A stretch of DNA of 64,000 bases from an uncultured virus (IMG/VR IMGVR_UViG_3300043438_000835) (taxonomy: Duplodnaviria; Heunggongvirae; Uroviricota; Caudoviricetes), in the IMG/VR virus record IMGVR_UViG_3300043438_000835. One strand, given 5' to 3'. A program made the position numbers and the translations under genes. Shown in pieces: positions 21,772 through 33,400 of the stretch; within the stretch, counting starts at the first letter, position 1, and every line of letters starts with the position of its first letter. The notes beneath the pieces were generated by a model. It saw only the letters and a program-made list of their open reading frames with translations, did no database searches and had not been told where the DNA came from.

Positions 21772-22685
21772 TGGGCAGGAATAATGGCGGCCTTATAGGT
21801 TCGTTGAATACACCAGATCCTCTGCTAGGATCTTCAGGTATATGGTCTATTAGTGAACAACAGCAAAACTTTAATAGATGGCCACCGGGGTTTATCGTAT
21901 CTGAAGTTGAATATCTAGTTGTTGCTGGCGGCGGCGGCGGCAGCAATTATGGTGGTGGTGGCGCAGGAGGATTTAGAACCGGAACTTTAAGTATTGCAAG
22001 TCAAGTAAGTTATACAATAACAGTAGGTGCAGGAGGTAGTGGCGGCACTACTGCTGCAAGCGGAGTGAACTCTGTGTTTTCTTCTATAACTTCTACCGGT
22101 GGAGGTAGAGGTGGTGTTAGCAATGCCGGAGCAGGTGCTGCGGGTGGTTCAGGAGGAGGTGGCTCCTATACTAGTGGAGCTGCCGGCGACGGTAATACCC
22201 CGTCTACAACTCCGTCTCAAGGTAGTAATGGTGGACAAGGAGGTCCCGGTAGCCCACAGTTTTCAGCTGGTGGTGGTGGTGGAGCAGGTGGTACTGGATT
22301 TGCCGGCAATACTACTGGCGGCGGCGCTGGCGGCGCAGGAACATCATCGGCTATTTCAGGAAATGCCGTAACCTATGCAGGCGGCGGAGGCGGCGGACAT
22401 TTTGCTGGAACGGCTGGCTTTTTTCCTGCAGGAGGCGCTGGCGGTGGTGGCCAAGGTGGTAGAGCTAGCGGCGGGTTTGCCCCGGGAACTTCTAATACAG
22501 GTGGTGGCGGCGGTGGCGCCGGCAACACTACCAGTGCTGGCGGTGGTGGTGGATCTGGCATTGTCATCATTCGCTATCCAGACAGATTCAATGCAGCATC
22601 AGCCACAACAGGAAGCCCTACAATTACCACAGTTGGTGGATTTAGAATCTATACCTTCACCGGGTCCGGTAGCATAACATTCTAA
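21771..22685 (+). CDS. glycine-rich adhesin-like protein (paralog A)
   Basis: EYLVVAGGGGG...poly-Gly...SGIVIIRYP...GFRIYTFTGSGSITF. Confidence 0.7.
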   Translation: MGRNNGGLIGSLNTPDPLLGSSGIWSISEQQQNFNRWPPGFIVSEVEYLVVAGGGGGSNYGGGGAGGFRTGTLSIASQVSYTITVGAGGSGGTTAASGVNSVFSSITSTGGGRGGVSNAGAGAAGGSGGGGSYTSGAAGDGNTPSTTPSQGSNGGQGGPGSPQFSAGGGGGAGGTGFAGNTTGGGAGGAGTSSAISGNAVTYAGGGGGGHFAGTAGFFPAGGAGGGGQGGRASGGFAPGTSNTGGGGGGAGNTTSAGGGGGSGIVIIRYPDRFNAASATTGSPTITTVGGFRIYTFTGSGSITF

Positions 22686-22729
22686 AAAGTAACAATCAGT
22701 TATCAAACAACAGATAAGTATACAATATT

Positions 22730-23191
22730 ATGTCATTAAATTTTCCATCATCACCGGCCCTCGACGCTCTCTATACTCTAGGAACTAGAACATGGAAGTT
22801 TAATGGCGAGGGCTGGGAAGTTGTTCCACCCCAGGGAGAATTGGGATATACTGGTTCAAAGGGTGATATTGGATATACAGGTAGTCAAGGCAGCAGCGCA
22901 TCAATAAATTTTGTAACTAGAAATTACACAGGTAATGGTAGTAATACAACCTTTACCATTACGAACGGATTGACTGTAAACAGTGTGTTTGTATTTGAAA
23001 ACGGTATTATGCAGTTTCCCACAACTGATTATACTGTTAGTGGCACAAACTTAATATTTGTCACAGCACCTACAACAAATATGGCCATACAGATAAGAGA
23101 AATAATCATTAGTGGCTCTGGTGGCTCTGGTGGATCCGGCGGAACTAGCAACGCAGCAATAGCAGGATACAATTTAGTCTTTGGAGGATAA
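22730..23191 (+). CDS. short fibre-like protein with brief GYTGSQ tract
   Basis: MSLNFPSSP start; YTGNGSNTTF...VFENGIMQ...DYTVSG domain; ends LVFGG. Confidence 0.7.
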   Translation: MSLNFPSSPALDALYTLGTRTWKFNGEGWEVVPPQGELGYTGSKGDIGYTGSQGSSASINFVTRNYTGNGSNTTFTITNGLTVNSVFVFENGIMQFPTTDYTVSGTNLIFVTAPTTNMAIQIREIIISGSGGSGGSGGTSNAAIAGYNLVFGG

Positions 23192-23192
23192 T

Positions 23193-23564
23193 ATGACAGC
23201 ACCAAACTTAATCGGCGCAACAACAATTACAGGTAAGACCACCGGAACTAGTCTTACCACAACATCAACTACTACAGTGTTGAATAATCCATCAGATAGT
23301 GGAAAATGTTTGAAAGTCAACACATTGAACGTGGCAAATTATGGAGCCACAGCAACCAATGTAACTGTAAGTTGGTATAATACTGCAAGCATAGGAGGTG
23401 CTGCGTTTGCAATTATAAGTAATGCAGCGGTGCCGGCGGGAGCAACATTGAACGTTATTGACAAAACTAGTCAGTACTATTTAGAAGAAAACAATAGTCT
23501 AGGCGCTGCGGCGGCGACAGGAAATTCATTGATAGTTACTTGTAGTTATGAGGATATAAGTTAA
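23193..23564 (+). CDS. small fibre-associated protein (paralog B)
   Basis: GGAGG RBS; paralog of 21418. Confidence 0.75.
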   Translation: MTAPNLIGATTITGKTTGTSLTTTSTTTVLNNPSDSGKCLKVNTLNVANYGATATNVTVSWYNTASIGGAAFAIISNAAVPAGATLNVIDKTSQYYLEENNSLGAAAATGNSLIVTCSYEDIS

Positions 23565-23565
23565 C

Positions 23566-24504
23566 ATGGTAAAACGGTACCTTGGCGGAATAATATCGGC
23601 TACACCCCCAACTATTAGCGCAGTAGCGGCGATAAATGGAGTTTTTAATGTTACTCAGCAAATGCAGGCTAGACAAACTAATACCTGGCCGCCGCTGTTT
23701 CGTATACCTGTTGATGATATACTTATAGTCGGAGGGGGTGGAGCGGGCGGTGCCGGAGCAAATAATGCACGTGGCGGCGGAGGTGGCGGCGGCGGCGCAT
23801 ACTTAACATTGTCTTCTCAGAATTTTGAGATTGGCCAAACCTATATCATCACAGTAGGCGGCGGCGGCACAATTGGAGGCGTGGCCAGTAGAACTCAAAC
23901 CAACGGAGGTAATAGCAGTATTACAACAGCAGGAGCAGTTGCGTATTCTGTCACAGCCAATGGAGGAGGTTTTGGTGGAACTGCCGGTGGTACTGGCTCT
24001 AGTTATGCTGCAACTCGTGCCGGAAATAGTTCCGGAAATGGGTCTGGAGGCGGTGGCGCCAACTCCAGTGGCGCTGCTGGTGCAGGCGGAGTTTACGGTA
24101 GAAACGGTGGATCTACAGCAGAAACTGGCACCAGCGGCGGCGGCGGCGCAGGTGGTGGTGGAGCTGGCGGCGTGGGCGCAAACGGTGCTGGTATAGTGCT
24201 GGCCGCCGGAGGTGCAGGGTTATCTAATGGTATTAGGGGCTCTGCTGTAACTTATTCACCAGGTGGCCAAGGCGCTCCAACCGCCGCAGGTAATAGACCA
24301 GTTGCTGGCGATGCAAACACGGGTGGTGGCGGTGGTGGTGGTGGCACAGGTTCGACAGGTACCGCCGGTTCGTCCGGAGTTGTGGTACTTAGATACTCAA
24401 GTGCGTACCCGGCGGCCACATCTACTACTGGTGGTCCAACTATTACATTATTGAACGGTTTTAGAATCTACTCCTTCATTGGCTCAGGCTCTATTACATT
24501 TTAA
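23566..24504 (+). CDS. glycine-rich adhesin-like protein (paralog B)
   Basis: same N- and C-terminal frame as 21771 (WPP...GFRIYSFIGSGSITF). Confidence 0.7.
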   Translation: MVKRYLGGIISATPPTISAVAAINGVFNVTQQMQARQTNTWPPLFRIPVDDILIVGGGGAGGAGANNARGGGGGGGGAYLTLSSQNFEIGQTYIITVGGGGTIGGVASRTQTNGGNSSITTAGAVAYSVTANGGGFGGTAGGTGSSYAATRAGNSSGNGSGGGGANSSGAAGAGGVYGRNGGSTAETGTSGGGGAGGGGAGGVGANGAGIVLAAGGAGLSNGIRGSAVTYSPGGQGAPTAAGNRPVAGDANTGGGGGGGGTGSTGTAGSSGVVVLRYSSAYPAATSTTGGPTITLLNGFRIYSFIGSGSITF

Positions 24505-24521
24505 ATATTAAAGGAAAAGAT

Positions 24522-24887
24522 ATGGCACATTTTGCCCAACTAGATGAAAATAATTCAGTAATTCAAGTAATCGTAGTAAACAACGATGTTTTATTGGATG
24601 CTAACGGTAATGAAAGTGAACAATTGGGTCAAGAATTTTGTACACAGTTATTGGGTGGAAATTGGGTTCAAACCAGTTACAATGCTAATTTTAGAAAAAA
24701 TTATGCGGGCACGGGCCATACATATGATCTAGAATTAGACGCATTTATACCTCCCAGTCCCTATCCAAGTTGGGTTCTTGACACAGATACCAGCCAATGG
24801 ACTGCTCCAGTACCGTATCCAACTGACGGTGAAACATATACATGGGACGAAGATACACAATCTTGGATTCTACTCACGCTGTCTTGA
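24522..24887 (+). CDS. tail-associated hypothetical protein
   Basis: MAHFAQLDENN...WVQTSYN..FRKNYAG...AFIPP.PYPSW; AAGGA RBS. Confidence 0.65.
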   Translation: MAHFAQLDENNSVIQVIVVNNDVLLDANGNESEQLGQEFCTQLLGGNWVQTSYNANFRKNYAGTGHTYDLELDAFIPPSPYPSWVLDTDTSQWTAPVPYPTDGETYTWDEDTQSWILLTLS

Positions 24888-24914
24888 AACGTTATTTGAT
24901 CAAAATTTAAATAA

Positions 24915-25262
24915 ATGACTACTCAAATATCATCGAACAATATTCAGCCCAGTACATTGGATATTATATATATATCTGGCCCTAAAATTACCAGCGTGCA
25001 GGTTGCTAATGGTTCTTATATTGCAACAGGCGGAACCACAATAGGCACAACAGGTGGGTTCGCAATCATCAACGGATCTAATTTTTCAAGTAACATCAAT
25101 GTTGTGATAGGTACAGCACTGGCCAGCACAGTTACATTTGTAAGCTCTGTTAGAATAAATATTCAAGTACCTGCACTAGCTGTGGGAAATTACATTGTTT
25201 ATGTCACAACCACTGACAATGGAAAAGTTGCAGTAAAACCGAATGGAATAACAATAGTATAA
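24915..25262 (+). CDS. single IPT/TIG-like domain protein, paralog of the N-terminus of the next gene
   Basis: TQISS.NIQP.TL...GP..T.VQ...SVTFVSS...QVPA shared with 25265. Confidence 0.7.
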   Translation: MTTQISSNNIQPSTLDIIYISGPKITSVQVANGSYIATGGTTIGTTGGFAIINGSNFSSNINVVIGTALASTVTFVSSVRINIQVPALAVGNYIVYVTTTDNGKVAVKPNGITIV

Positions 25263-25264
25263 CT

Positions 25265-28200
25265 ATGCCTACTCAAATTAGTCAAGACAACATACAACCT
25301 GCAACATTAGCCGCGTTGGGCGGCCCTACGTTAACCAACGTACAAATAACAGATGCCAGTTATGCTATTATTGATGATACCGCTGTATTACTATCCGGTG
25401 GTTACATAAAACTCACAGGAACTAAGTTTGTTTCAGGATGTCAAGTTATTTTAGGCAGTGCAAACGCAACATCAGTTACATTTGTAAATAGTACTACCCT
25501 AAATGTACAGGTTCCTGCACAGGTTGCGGGTACATATGTAGTGTATGTAGTCAATCCCGATGGTGGAGTCGCAATACGAGTTAATGGGTTAACCTATAGT
25601 GGAAACCCTACTTGGGTAACAGGTAGTACATTGCCCGATCAACCGGCAAATACTGCCATCTCTATACAACTAGAAACAACCGGAGATTCACCACTAACAT
25701 ATGCGGTTCAAGCCGGTAGTAGTTTACCGAGCGGTGTTTCATTGTCCAGCAGTGGATTAATTACTGGATTAGTTGCAGTGGGTGTTGAAACACTTTATAA
25801 TTTTACTATAGAAGCAATTGATGTGGAATTACAAGAAAGCCCCAGAGCCTTTACTGTTACTATAACGATCGCTGACCCTTTCTTTAAAAATGTCACTACA
25901 TTGATTAGTGCAAATTCCCCTGCAACTAGTGTATTTGTCGACGATGCAAGTACAAACAACTTCCCAGTATCTATATTTGGCGATACTAGACCAAATAACT
26001 TCGGTCCATATACACCTGGATATTACAGTAATTTCTTTGATGGTACTGGTGATTTTATATCTAATCCGGGAAATGTAGCATTTAACCTAAGCTCCGGGTC
26101 GTGGACTGTTGAATGTTGGTTTTATCAAACAAGCTCAAAACAAGTTCAATTAATTTCATCAGGCGCCGCAAGATGGCGACTTGATGTAAACACATCTCAA
26201 CAAGTGACTTGGTTATTTAATACTGGCAGTAGTCAACTATCAAACAATACTGCTCCTTTGAACCAGTGGAATCATGTTGCCATGTGTTACGACGGAACAA
26301 CAAATATACTGTACTTAAACGGTGTAGCGCAAACAGCTACTGGCGCACTTGTCCCGGGCTCCGATAATGCAAGTACATTTTACATTGGTAGAAATCCAGA
26401 TGCAGGCAGTGGATGGGACTTCAACGGATATATTTCTAATGTAAGAATAGTCAAAGGTTCTGCTGTTTATACAGCTAACTTTACACCGCCTACGGTACCA
26501 CTAACTGCTATTGCAGGTACTACTTTATTAACTTGTCAGAGCAATAGATTTATTGATAACAGTACAAACAATTTTGCACTAACAGTAAATGGAAATTTGG
26601 CTATATCAGGGTTTGATCCGTTTGTACCCAATACTAGTTATAGTGGATACGGCAGTACTTACTTTGATGGTACTGGGGACTTTTTAACGGCACAATCAAT
26701 GACGCTCGGAACTAGTGCCTTTACTATAGAGTTTTGGGCTTATCCTACATCAATACCAACAAACGCTATTATATTTGGTACCACTACAAACGGAGGTATA
26801 CAATTACAAACAGATAGCGGTGGAAATTTAAATATTGGTACATACGGCGTAGGCAATACTATAGCAACATCGGGAAGTCCGTTTGTTACAAATAGATGGT
26901 TACATATTGTGGCTGTAAGAAGTGGAACAGGTGCAAACCAAACAAGTATATTTTTTAACGGTGTTCGTAATGTCAATGGTACAGTCAGCACAAATTATGT
27001 AGCAGGACCAGCAACTATAGGCGGTGCAGCTTCACAGATGTTTTTTGGTTATATTAGTAATTTTAGAGTTGTTATAGGTACAGCAGTTTACGATCCGACA
27101 CAAACTACATTAACTGTACCTACTGAACCACTAACTGCTATCGCAGGTACAAGTTTATTGACTTGCCAAACCAATCAACCAGTCAACAACAATGTGTTCA
27201 TTGACAACAGCACTAACAATTTCTTGATAACAAGAAATGGTAATACTACACAAGGAACATTCAGTCCCTACGGTGGTGGATGGAGCAACTACTTTGATGG
27301 TACTGGCGATTATTTAAGTATTCCGGACAACGCTGCGTTCACATTGGGCACTAATGACTTTACTTTTGAATGCTGGGTGTATCCAACTTCTATTACTTCA
27401 GGAAATAATAATATATTGGCACAATGGGGTACCGGTAATGCATGGATCTTTAGATATGTTGCTGCTGGTCGACTACAATTTTCAGGGGCTGCTACCAATG
27501 TAACAGGAACTACCACTGCGGTAGTCATCAACCAATGGAATCACGTTGCAATTACACGATCCAGCAGTACTGTTAGATTGTTTGTGAACGGAGTATTAGA
27601 TGCAACTACCGGCACAATAGGAGCACTAACCGACGGTGCAAGCCAAGTGACTGTTGGAGCATATTCAGACGGAACATCTGAATATGTTACCGGTTATATT
27701 AGTAATTTAAGGTTAGTCAAAGGCACCGCACTTTATACCGCTAACTTTACACCAAGCACCGCCCCACTGCAACCCATAGCTGGAACAAGTTTGTTGACCT
27801 GTGCTCGCAATCGACTCGTCGATGCCAGCCCCAACAACTTTGCCGTCACCAAGGCGGGTGATGTCAGTGTGCAAAAGTTCAGTCCTTTTACAGAAACCTC
27901 ATTACCTACACCTTATTATAGCAACTACTTTGATGGTACTGGGGATTATTTAACTGTACCATCAAATGCTGCATTTAATATCACTTCGGGTAGCACAGAT
28001 TCTTTTAGTTGCGAGCTTTGGGTAAACTTTGCTACTGTTAGTGCCAACCGAACTATCATTGACAACGGCGGATTAGATACTGTCTCTTTTTCAAACTGGG
28101 CAATATATTTAAATGCATCTAGTCAAATTGCTATAAATTGGGGAGCTTCTGGTGCACCTGGCAGCTCGGGGATCGGCGTTCTTCCTTCTAGTACCGTTCC

Positions 28201-29845
28201 TGTTGCAGGTCAGTGGTATCACTTGGCATTGGTCAAAACAAATGCAGACTGGGCTTTGTTCATCAATGGCACTAGGGCAACATCTTTCAACGGATTGAAC
28301 ACTGCTGCAAAAACCAGTGCCAGTGCTTTATATATTGGTTTTGGCATCATTGCTGGGGGCGGAGGCCATGTGGGGTATATTAGTAACGTTAGGATTTATA
28401 ATGGTGCTACTGGTTCTGCTCCCTACGCTGCTACATCTACTACGATAACAGTACCTACTGAACCACTAACTGCTATCGCAGGTACAAGTTTATTGACTTG
28501 CCAATCTAATACTTTCATAGATAACAGTACAAACAATTTTGCAATAACTGCGGTTGGTAACACGATACCATCCCAATTCGCACCATTCAACGTCGCTTAC
28601 ACTACTAGACAACGTTATACACCACAAGTGTTTGGCGGTAGTTCACGCTTTGATGGTACCAATGATTGGATTGGTTCTGCTCAGACCAATACCACATCCG
28701 TAATGAATTTTGCTTCCGGTCAAGACTTCACTATGGAGTTATGGGTTTACTCAACTAGCGGTTTGGCAGATTACACAATAGCAAACTACGGCACTTACAA
28801 AGAAGCATATAACAGTGAGCGGGTTATTTGGATTACTAACAAAAGCGCAAGTATCTTTATCAGCGGCGGCAGTAATACGAGCTCTGTACAATATACCGCG
28901 CTATTTCCGTCGTCGGCTACTTTATCAACTAATAGCTGGAACCACATTGCGCTAGTTCGTTCGAGTAATTTTATTAAAGTGTATGTAAATGGAGTAGGAG
29001 GAACAGCGGTCAGCGCACCTGGTGCAGCACAACCATTGAGTAGTCGATATGATTTAGCTGGACCTAACGGATTATGGTTAGGCGTTAATTCAACCAATTG
29101 GACTGCTTTTAACCCAGTAGGTGTTACTGGTTACATCAGCGATTTTAGATATGTCAAAGGTACCGCACTCTACACCTCAAATTTCGTACCACAAAACACA
29201 CCATTAACAGCAGTTAGAAACACTGTATTATTGATCAACGGAACCGGTGCTGGTGTCTATGACAGTTCGGGAATGAACAATTATGAAACTGTGGGTGATG
29301 CTAAAATTGACACCACAGTAGTTAAATTCACCGGCACAGAAAGCGTGAAGTTTGACGGTAATGGGGATAGTTTGACTTATATAGGCGGTGCCTCTATAAA
29401 TTTTGGTACAGGCGACTTTACTATAGAACTTTGGGTAAACATGGCAAACACTAGTACATTTTCTTCGTTTTTACGACCTGACGATGGAGGATCGGTAGTG
29501 TCATTTGGTTACGATTGGAGCACCACCCAACTGAAGCTTGACGCAAGAAACGCGGTTATATTAAATGTGACGACCACAGCAGTAGTAGCAAATACTTGGA
29601 CTCATATAGCAGCTACCAGATCAGGCACATCACTGAGATTATTTGTTAACGGAACACAAGTTGGCTCCACTACTTCTAATTCAACTAATTTTGCATCTGC
29701 TACCGGTCTTATATATATAGGTGGCAGTAGCTTTAGTGCTGCTCATAGTGTCAATGGTTATATTAGTGACTTTAGAATCACCCTAGGTATTGCCCGTTAC
29801 ACTGCTAACTTTACACCACCTACAGGTGTTTCCCTGACTCAGTAA
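25265..29845 (+). CDS. large putative receptor-binding protein: IPT/TIG and Ig domains plus six LamG/concanavalin-like domains
   Basis: six FDG(T/N)(G/N)D...(F/W)T.E.W...WxH...GYISN/DxR..KG units. Confidence 0.8.
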   Translation: MPTQISQDNIQPATLAALGGPTLTNVQITDASYAIIDDTAVLLSGGYIKLTGTKFVSGCQVILGSANATSVTFVNSTTLNVQVPAQVAGTYVVYVVNPDGGVAIRVNGLTYSGNPTWVTGSTLPDQPANTAISIQLETTGDSPLTYAVQAGSSLPSGVSLSSSGLITGLVAVGVETLYNFTIEAIDVELQESPRAFTVTITIADPFFKNVTTLISANSPATSVFVDDASTNNFPVSIFGDTRPNNFGPYTPGYYSNFFDGTGDFISNPGNVAFNLSSGSWTVECWFYQTSSKQVQLISSGAARWRLDVNTSQQVTWLFNTGSSQLSNNTAPLNQWNHVAMCYDGTTNILYLNGVAQTATGALVPGSDNASTFYIGRNPDAGSGWDFNGYISNVRIVKGSAVYTANFTPPTVPLTAIAGTTLLTCQSNRFIDNSTNNFALTVNGNLAISGFDPFVPNTSYSGYGSTYFDGTGDFLTAQSMTLGTSAFTIEFWAYPTSIPTNAIIFGTTTNGGIQLQTDSGGNLNIGTYGVGNTIATSGSPFVTNRWLHIVAVRSGTGANQTSIFFNGVRNVNGTVSTNYVAGPATIGGAASQMFFGYISNFRVVIGTAVYDPTQTTLTVPTEPLTAIAGTSLLTCQTNQPVNNNVFIDNSTNNFLITRNGNTTQGTFSPYGGGWSNYFDGTGDYLSIPDNAAFTLGTNDFTFECWVYPTSITSGNNNILAQWGTGNAWIFRYVAAGRLQFSGAATNVTGTTTAVVINQWNHVAITRSSSTVRLFVNGVLDATTGTIGALTDGASQVTVGAYSDGTSEYVTGYISNLRLVKGTALYTANFTPSTAPLQPIAGTSLLTCARNRLVDASPNNFAVTKAGDVSVQKFSPFTETSLPTPYYSNYFDGTGDYLTVPSNAAFNITSGSTDSFSCELWVNFATVSANRTIIDNGGLDTVSFSNWAIYLNASSQIAINWGASGAPGSSGIGVLPSSTVPVAGQWYHLALVKTNADWALFINGTRATSFNGLNTAAKTSASALYIGFGIIAGGGGHVGYISNVRIYNGATGSAPYAATSTTITVPTEPLTAIAGTSLLTCQSNTFIDNSTNNFAITAVGNTIPSQFAPFNVAYTTRQRYTPQVFGGSSRFDGTNDWIGSAQTNTTSVMNFASGQDFTMELWVYSTSGLADYTIANYGTYKEAYNSERVIWITNKSASIFISGGSNTSSVQYTALFPSSATLSTNSWNHIALVRSSNFIKVYVNGVGGTAVSAPGAAQPLSSRYDLAGPNGLWLGVNSTNWTAFNPVGVTGYISDFRYVKGTALYTSNFVPQNTPLTAVRNTVLLINGTGAGVYDSSGMNNYETVGDAKIDTTVVKFTGTESVKFDGNGDSLTYIGGASINFGTGDFTIELWVNMANTSTFSSFLRPDDGGSVVSFGYDWSTTQLKLDARNAVILNVTTTAVVANTWTHIAATRSGTSLRLFVNGTQVGSTTSNSTNFASATGLIYIGGSSFSAAHSVNGYISDFRITLGIARYTANFTPPTGVSLTQ

Positions 29846-29860
29846 CAGCGAAATACTATA

Positions 29861-29886
29861 GAAAAAGGACCTTCGGGTCCTTTTTC
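29861..29886. terminator. bidirectional terminator (UUCG loop on + strand)
   Basis: GAAAAAGGACC-TTCG-GGTCCTTTTTC. Confidence 0.85.
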
Positions 29887-29937
29887 ATTACTTACTATAT
29901 TATGTTTGGGCTATGCCCTAATATTATTATTATAAAA

Positions 29938-30198
29938 TTATTTCTTAGCACCAGCATTGACAAAACTATACATTTTTTCCGCTGTCTCAAGAACTTTTTC
30001 AAGTCCTGGAAACTCTGGCATACCAACTTTGGTAACGATCTGACCAGTCTTCTCGTCACGAGTAGCAGTCATTTCCCAACCTTGAAATTTGGAATGAAAT
30101 TCTTCGCTTACTAGTCCCTTTGCCATATCTAGGATATCTGTACGGATTTCGTATCCGTTTTTGTTGAATTTAACTTCTGGCAATTTTGGGGTTTCAAA
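29938..30198 (-). pseudogene. 5'-truncated diverged copy of the 34298..34567 gene
   Basis: [23 protein letters not shown]...NAGAKK; lacks the M-T-D start and the RBS of the intact copy. Confidence 0.7.
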
Positions 30199-30200
30199 AC

Positions 30201-30320
30201 TTTGGAGGCCAGGCTGGTGATTATTTGAACGGATACATTAGTGACTTCAGAATTACCAATGGTGTAGCACGTTACACTGCTAACTTCACGGCACCTGCAG
30301 GTCCTTTCCAAACTTCTTAA
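30201..30320 (+). pseudogene. orphan 3' end of a LamG receptor-binding gene (alternative C-terminus of 25265..29845)
   Basis: [39 protein letters not shown] versus ...[31 protein letters not shown]. Confidence 0.8.
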
Positions 30321-30407
30321 CTTTACAGCACTGACAGAGTCTTACCTAGATTATTAAAAGATTAATTTCACGAGCATTATCCGATCAATGAGTAAAAATC
30401 AATATCA

Positions 30408-30435
30408 TTGACCCTACTAAGATATACTGTATAAT
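30408..30435 (+). promoter_or_regulatory. sigma70-type promoter; ATG follows after a 7-nt gap
   Basis: TTGACC - 16 nt - TATAAT. Confidence 0.65.
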
Positions 30436-30442
30436 TAATAGC

Positions 30443-33400
30443 ATGAAGCTAGCTATTATAGATATTATCGGCATCCCATACGACGGAACTACGGTATTCA
30501 AACAAGGACTAGGAGGCAGCGAAAGTGCTGTTATCCTAATGAGTAGGGAACTCGCACAAATTGGATTTGATGTTACAGTGTTCAATAACTGTAACATTGA
30601 TCATGCAGTACCTGGCAAGTACGACACAGTAACTTATAGGCCACTTACAGATCTAGCTAACAATCACGAGTTTGATATTGTTATAAGCAGTCGCACAATT
30701 ATTCCATTCACTGATCCGAAAGATTATCCGAGATTAAACGATAATCGCAGTGTACCATTCATGTCTATGAATCTATACGACAGGATTATCAGTAAAGCTA
30801 AAATGCGAGTATTGTGGATGCACGACACATTCTGTCTAGGCGATAACTTGATCGAAGAGCTTGCTGTTGCAGATAGAATTACAGACATCTTTACACTAAG
30901 CGATTTCCACCTAACCTATGTTACTAACTGTCATCATGGCCGCAGACGAAACTTCGAAGTACTAAAGCGTAAGATGTTCATCACACGTAACGGTGTACGC
31001 ATCTATAATCGCGAAGTGGATATCAAAGCCAAAGATAAGAATTTGTTTGTTTATAATGCATCAGTGACCAAAGGAATGATTCCGCTGGTTAAAATGATCT
31101 GGCCACATGTCAAGCGACATATACCTGAAGCTAAACTAAAAGTCATAGGCGGCTACTATAGATTTAGCACAAATGCAGAACCTGATCAACAAGAAAAAGA
31201 TTGGCGCGAGATGGCTGCTGATCCGCAGCTAGCAGCACAAGGTATAGAATTTACAGGTGTTATACCGCAGAAAGAAATTGCCGATATACTAACTACTGCT
31301 AACTTCATGCTGTATCCGGCAGCGTTTCCGGAAACCTACGGCATTTCATCAATGGAGAGTTTATGCTACAACACTCCTATCATAACTTGCCGCTTTGGTG
31401 CATTAGAAGAAATTGCAGTGGCAGGTGCTTGTTACTTAATTGACTATGCTATTGAACCCAATGGACTGTTTCCGGATATCAGTGTACCAACACAGGTTGA
31501 ACAGTTTGTCAAGACCACGGTAGAAGCATATCGTAATCCGTATCTACATCAACAGAAACAATACTATTGCAACATTGTTAAAGACATTGCGGGTTGGGAC
31601 AGTGTAGCACTGCAATGGAAGCAGCATTTTTATAAAAAGACAGGACATTATCTAAGCAGCAGTGACTATCGTGCTGTTAGCAAAATCAACCACAGACTGC
31701 ACAAGATTTACAATCGCAAGTTTCATAATACAGTTGAATTAGAAGATTACAAGCCGGGAACAGAGCAACCTATTGTGGTTGTTAGCACATTCTACAATTG
31801 CAAAAATTATATTGCACGTTGCATCAACAGTATTGCTACACAAGACTACGACAACTATCGATGTATTTTGGTAGACGATGCAAGTACTGATAATACACTG
31901 GAAGCATTGTACACTGCACTGTCAGCCTATCCTGCACACATTCGAGCCAAGTTTGAAGTTATTGAAAATCAAAATAACGTAGGCGCAGTAAAAAATCAAA
32001 TAGATACATTTAGAAGTCTACAAGATCCCAATGCTATTGTAATGATACTCGACGGTGACGACAGTCTAGTTAATGACAACACTGTGTTCAGCTACTATAA
32101 CAATGTGTATGACGGCACAACAGAATTTACCTACGGTAGTTGCTGGTCAATGGTTGATAATATTCCATTGATTAGTCAGCCTTATCCCGAGCACGTAAAG
32201 AACAGCAAAGAATACAGGAATCATCACTTTAATTGGATCTTACCTTACACACACCTACGCACATTTAAACAACAGTTAATTGACGGTCTAGACGATAGCC
32301 TATTCCAAGATGACACAGGTGCATGGTATAAGGCAGGCGGTGACGGCAGTATTTTCTATGCACTAATCGAAAATGCTGATCCTAGTAAAGTTAAATGTCT
32401 ACAAGATATTGTATATAATTACAATGATGTTAATCCACTCAACGATTACAAAGTAAATGCTATTGAACAAAACGTAGCAGCTAAATCTATTATTAAAAAA
32501 ATGAATCCATCTAAAAAAAAGATTCTCATAGCAATTCCAACAGCTCGTAATATTGAACCGGAAACTTTTAAAAGTATCTATGACTTAATCATCCCCGAGG
32601 GCTACGAAGCAACGTTCCAATATTTTTACGGATACAATATTGATCAGGTACGCAACTTGATTGCCGACTGGGTAGTAAAAGGATTTGATTATCTATTCAG
32701 TGTAGATAGTGATATTAGCTTCCCTCCTAACACACTGTCAAAGTTGCTATCGCACGATAAGGATGTTGTCAGCGGTTTATACATACAACGTAAACCTGGA
32801 TTACATATTTTAGAAATATATGAACACAATCAGAATGGCGGAGTAAGCAATATGCCGTATGAAAAGCTAAAGGGTAGACCTTTAGTTGAAATTGCCGGCT
32901 GTGGATTTGGTTGTGCTCTAGTCAAAGCAGAAGTTATGTGTGAAATAGGTTATCCACAATTTAAGTATTATAGTGCTATCGATCATAGGAACACTGTTTC
33001 AGAAGATGTAGATTTCTGTCGCAAGGCCCGGGACAAAGGATTTAAAATTTGGGCAGATCCCAGTGTGTTATGCAGCCATACTGGCAGCTTTACTTTTAAT
33101 GTAGATAATGCCATTACTGCTGCCCCAGATGTAACACCGTTTAACATACAGGATCGTTTACGGGAGTTAGGAAGTCAACGACTGATTCCTCGTAACCATG
33201 TAGATTATCTTGCCAAACTCAAGAATGAAGGGTTTGAACCAAAGGTTATATACGATATCGGTGCATGTGTTCTGCACTGGACTAACGAAGCACAACGTAT
33301 TTGGGATCGAGCAAAGTATGTTGTATTTGAAGCAATGGACAGTAGCGAGTTCCTATATAAAGAACGTAATTTGCAATATCATATGGGTGTGCTAAGTGAC

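Noticed and set aside
5851..29097. Many antisense and alternate-frame ORFs within fibre genes (for example 6631..6864, 20227..20817)
   Set aside because: By-products of repetitive Gly/Thr codons; no RBS or independent motifs
29750..30320. DGR template/variable repeat pair (gene end versus orphan tail)
   Set aside because: Differences are mostly synonymous and not restricted to adenines; no reverse transcriptase in the window
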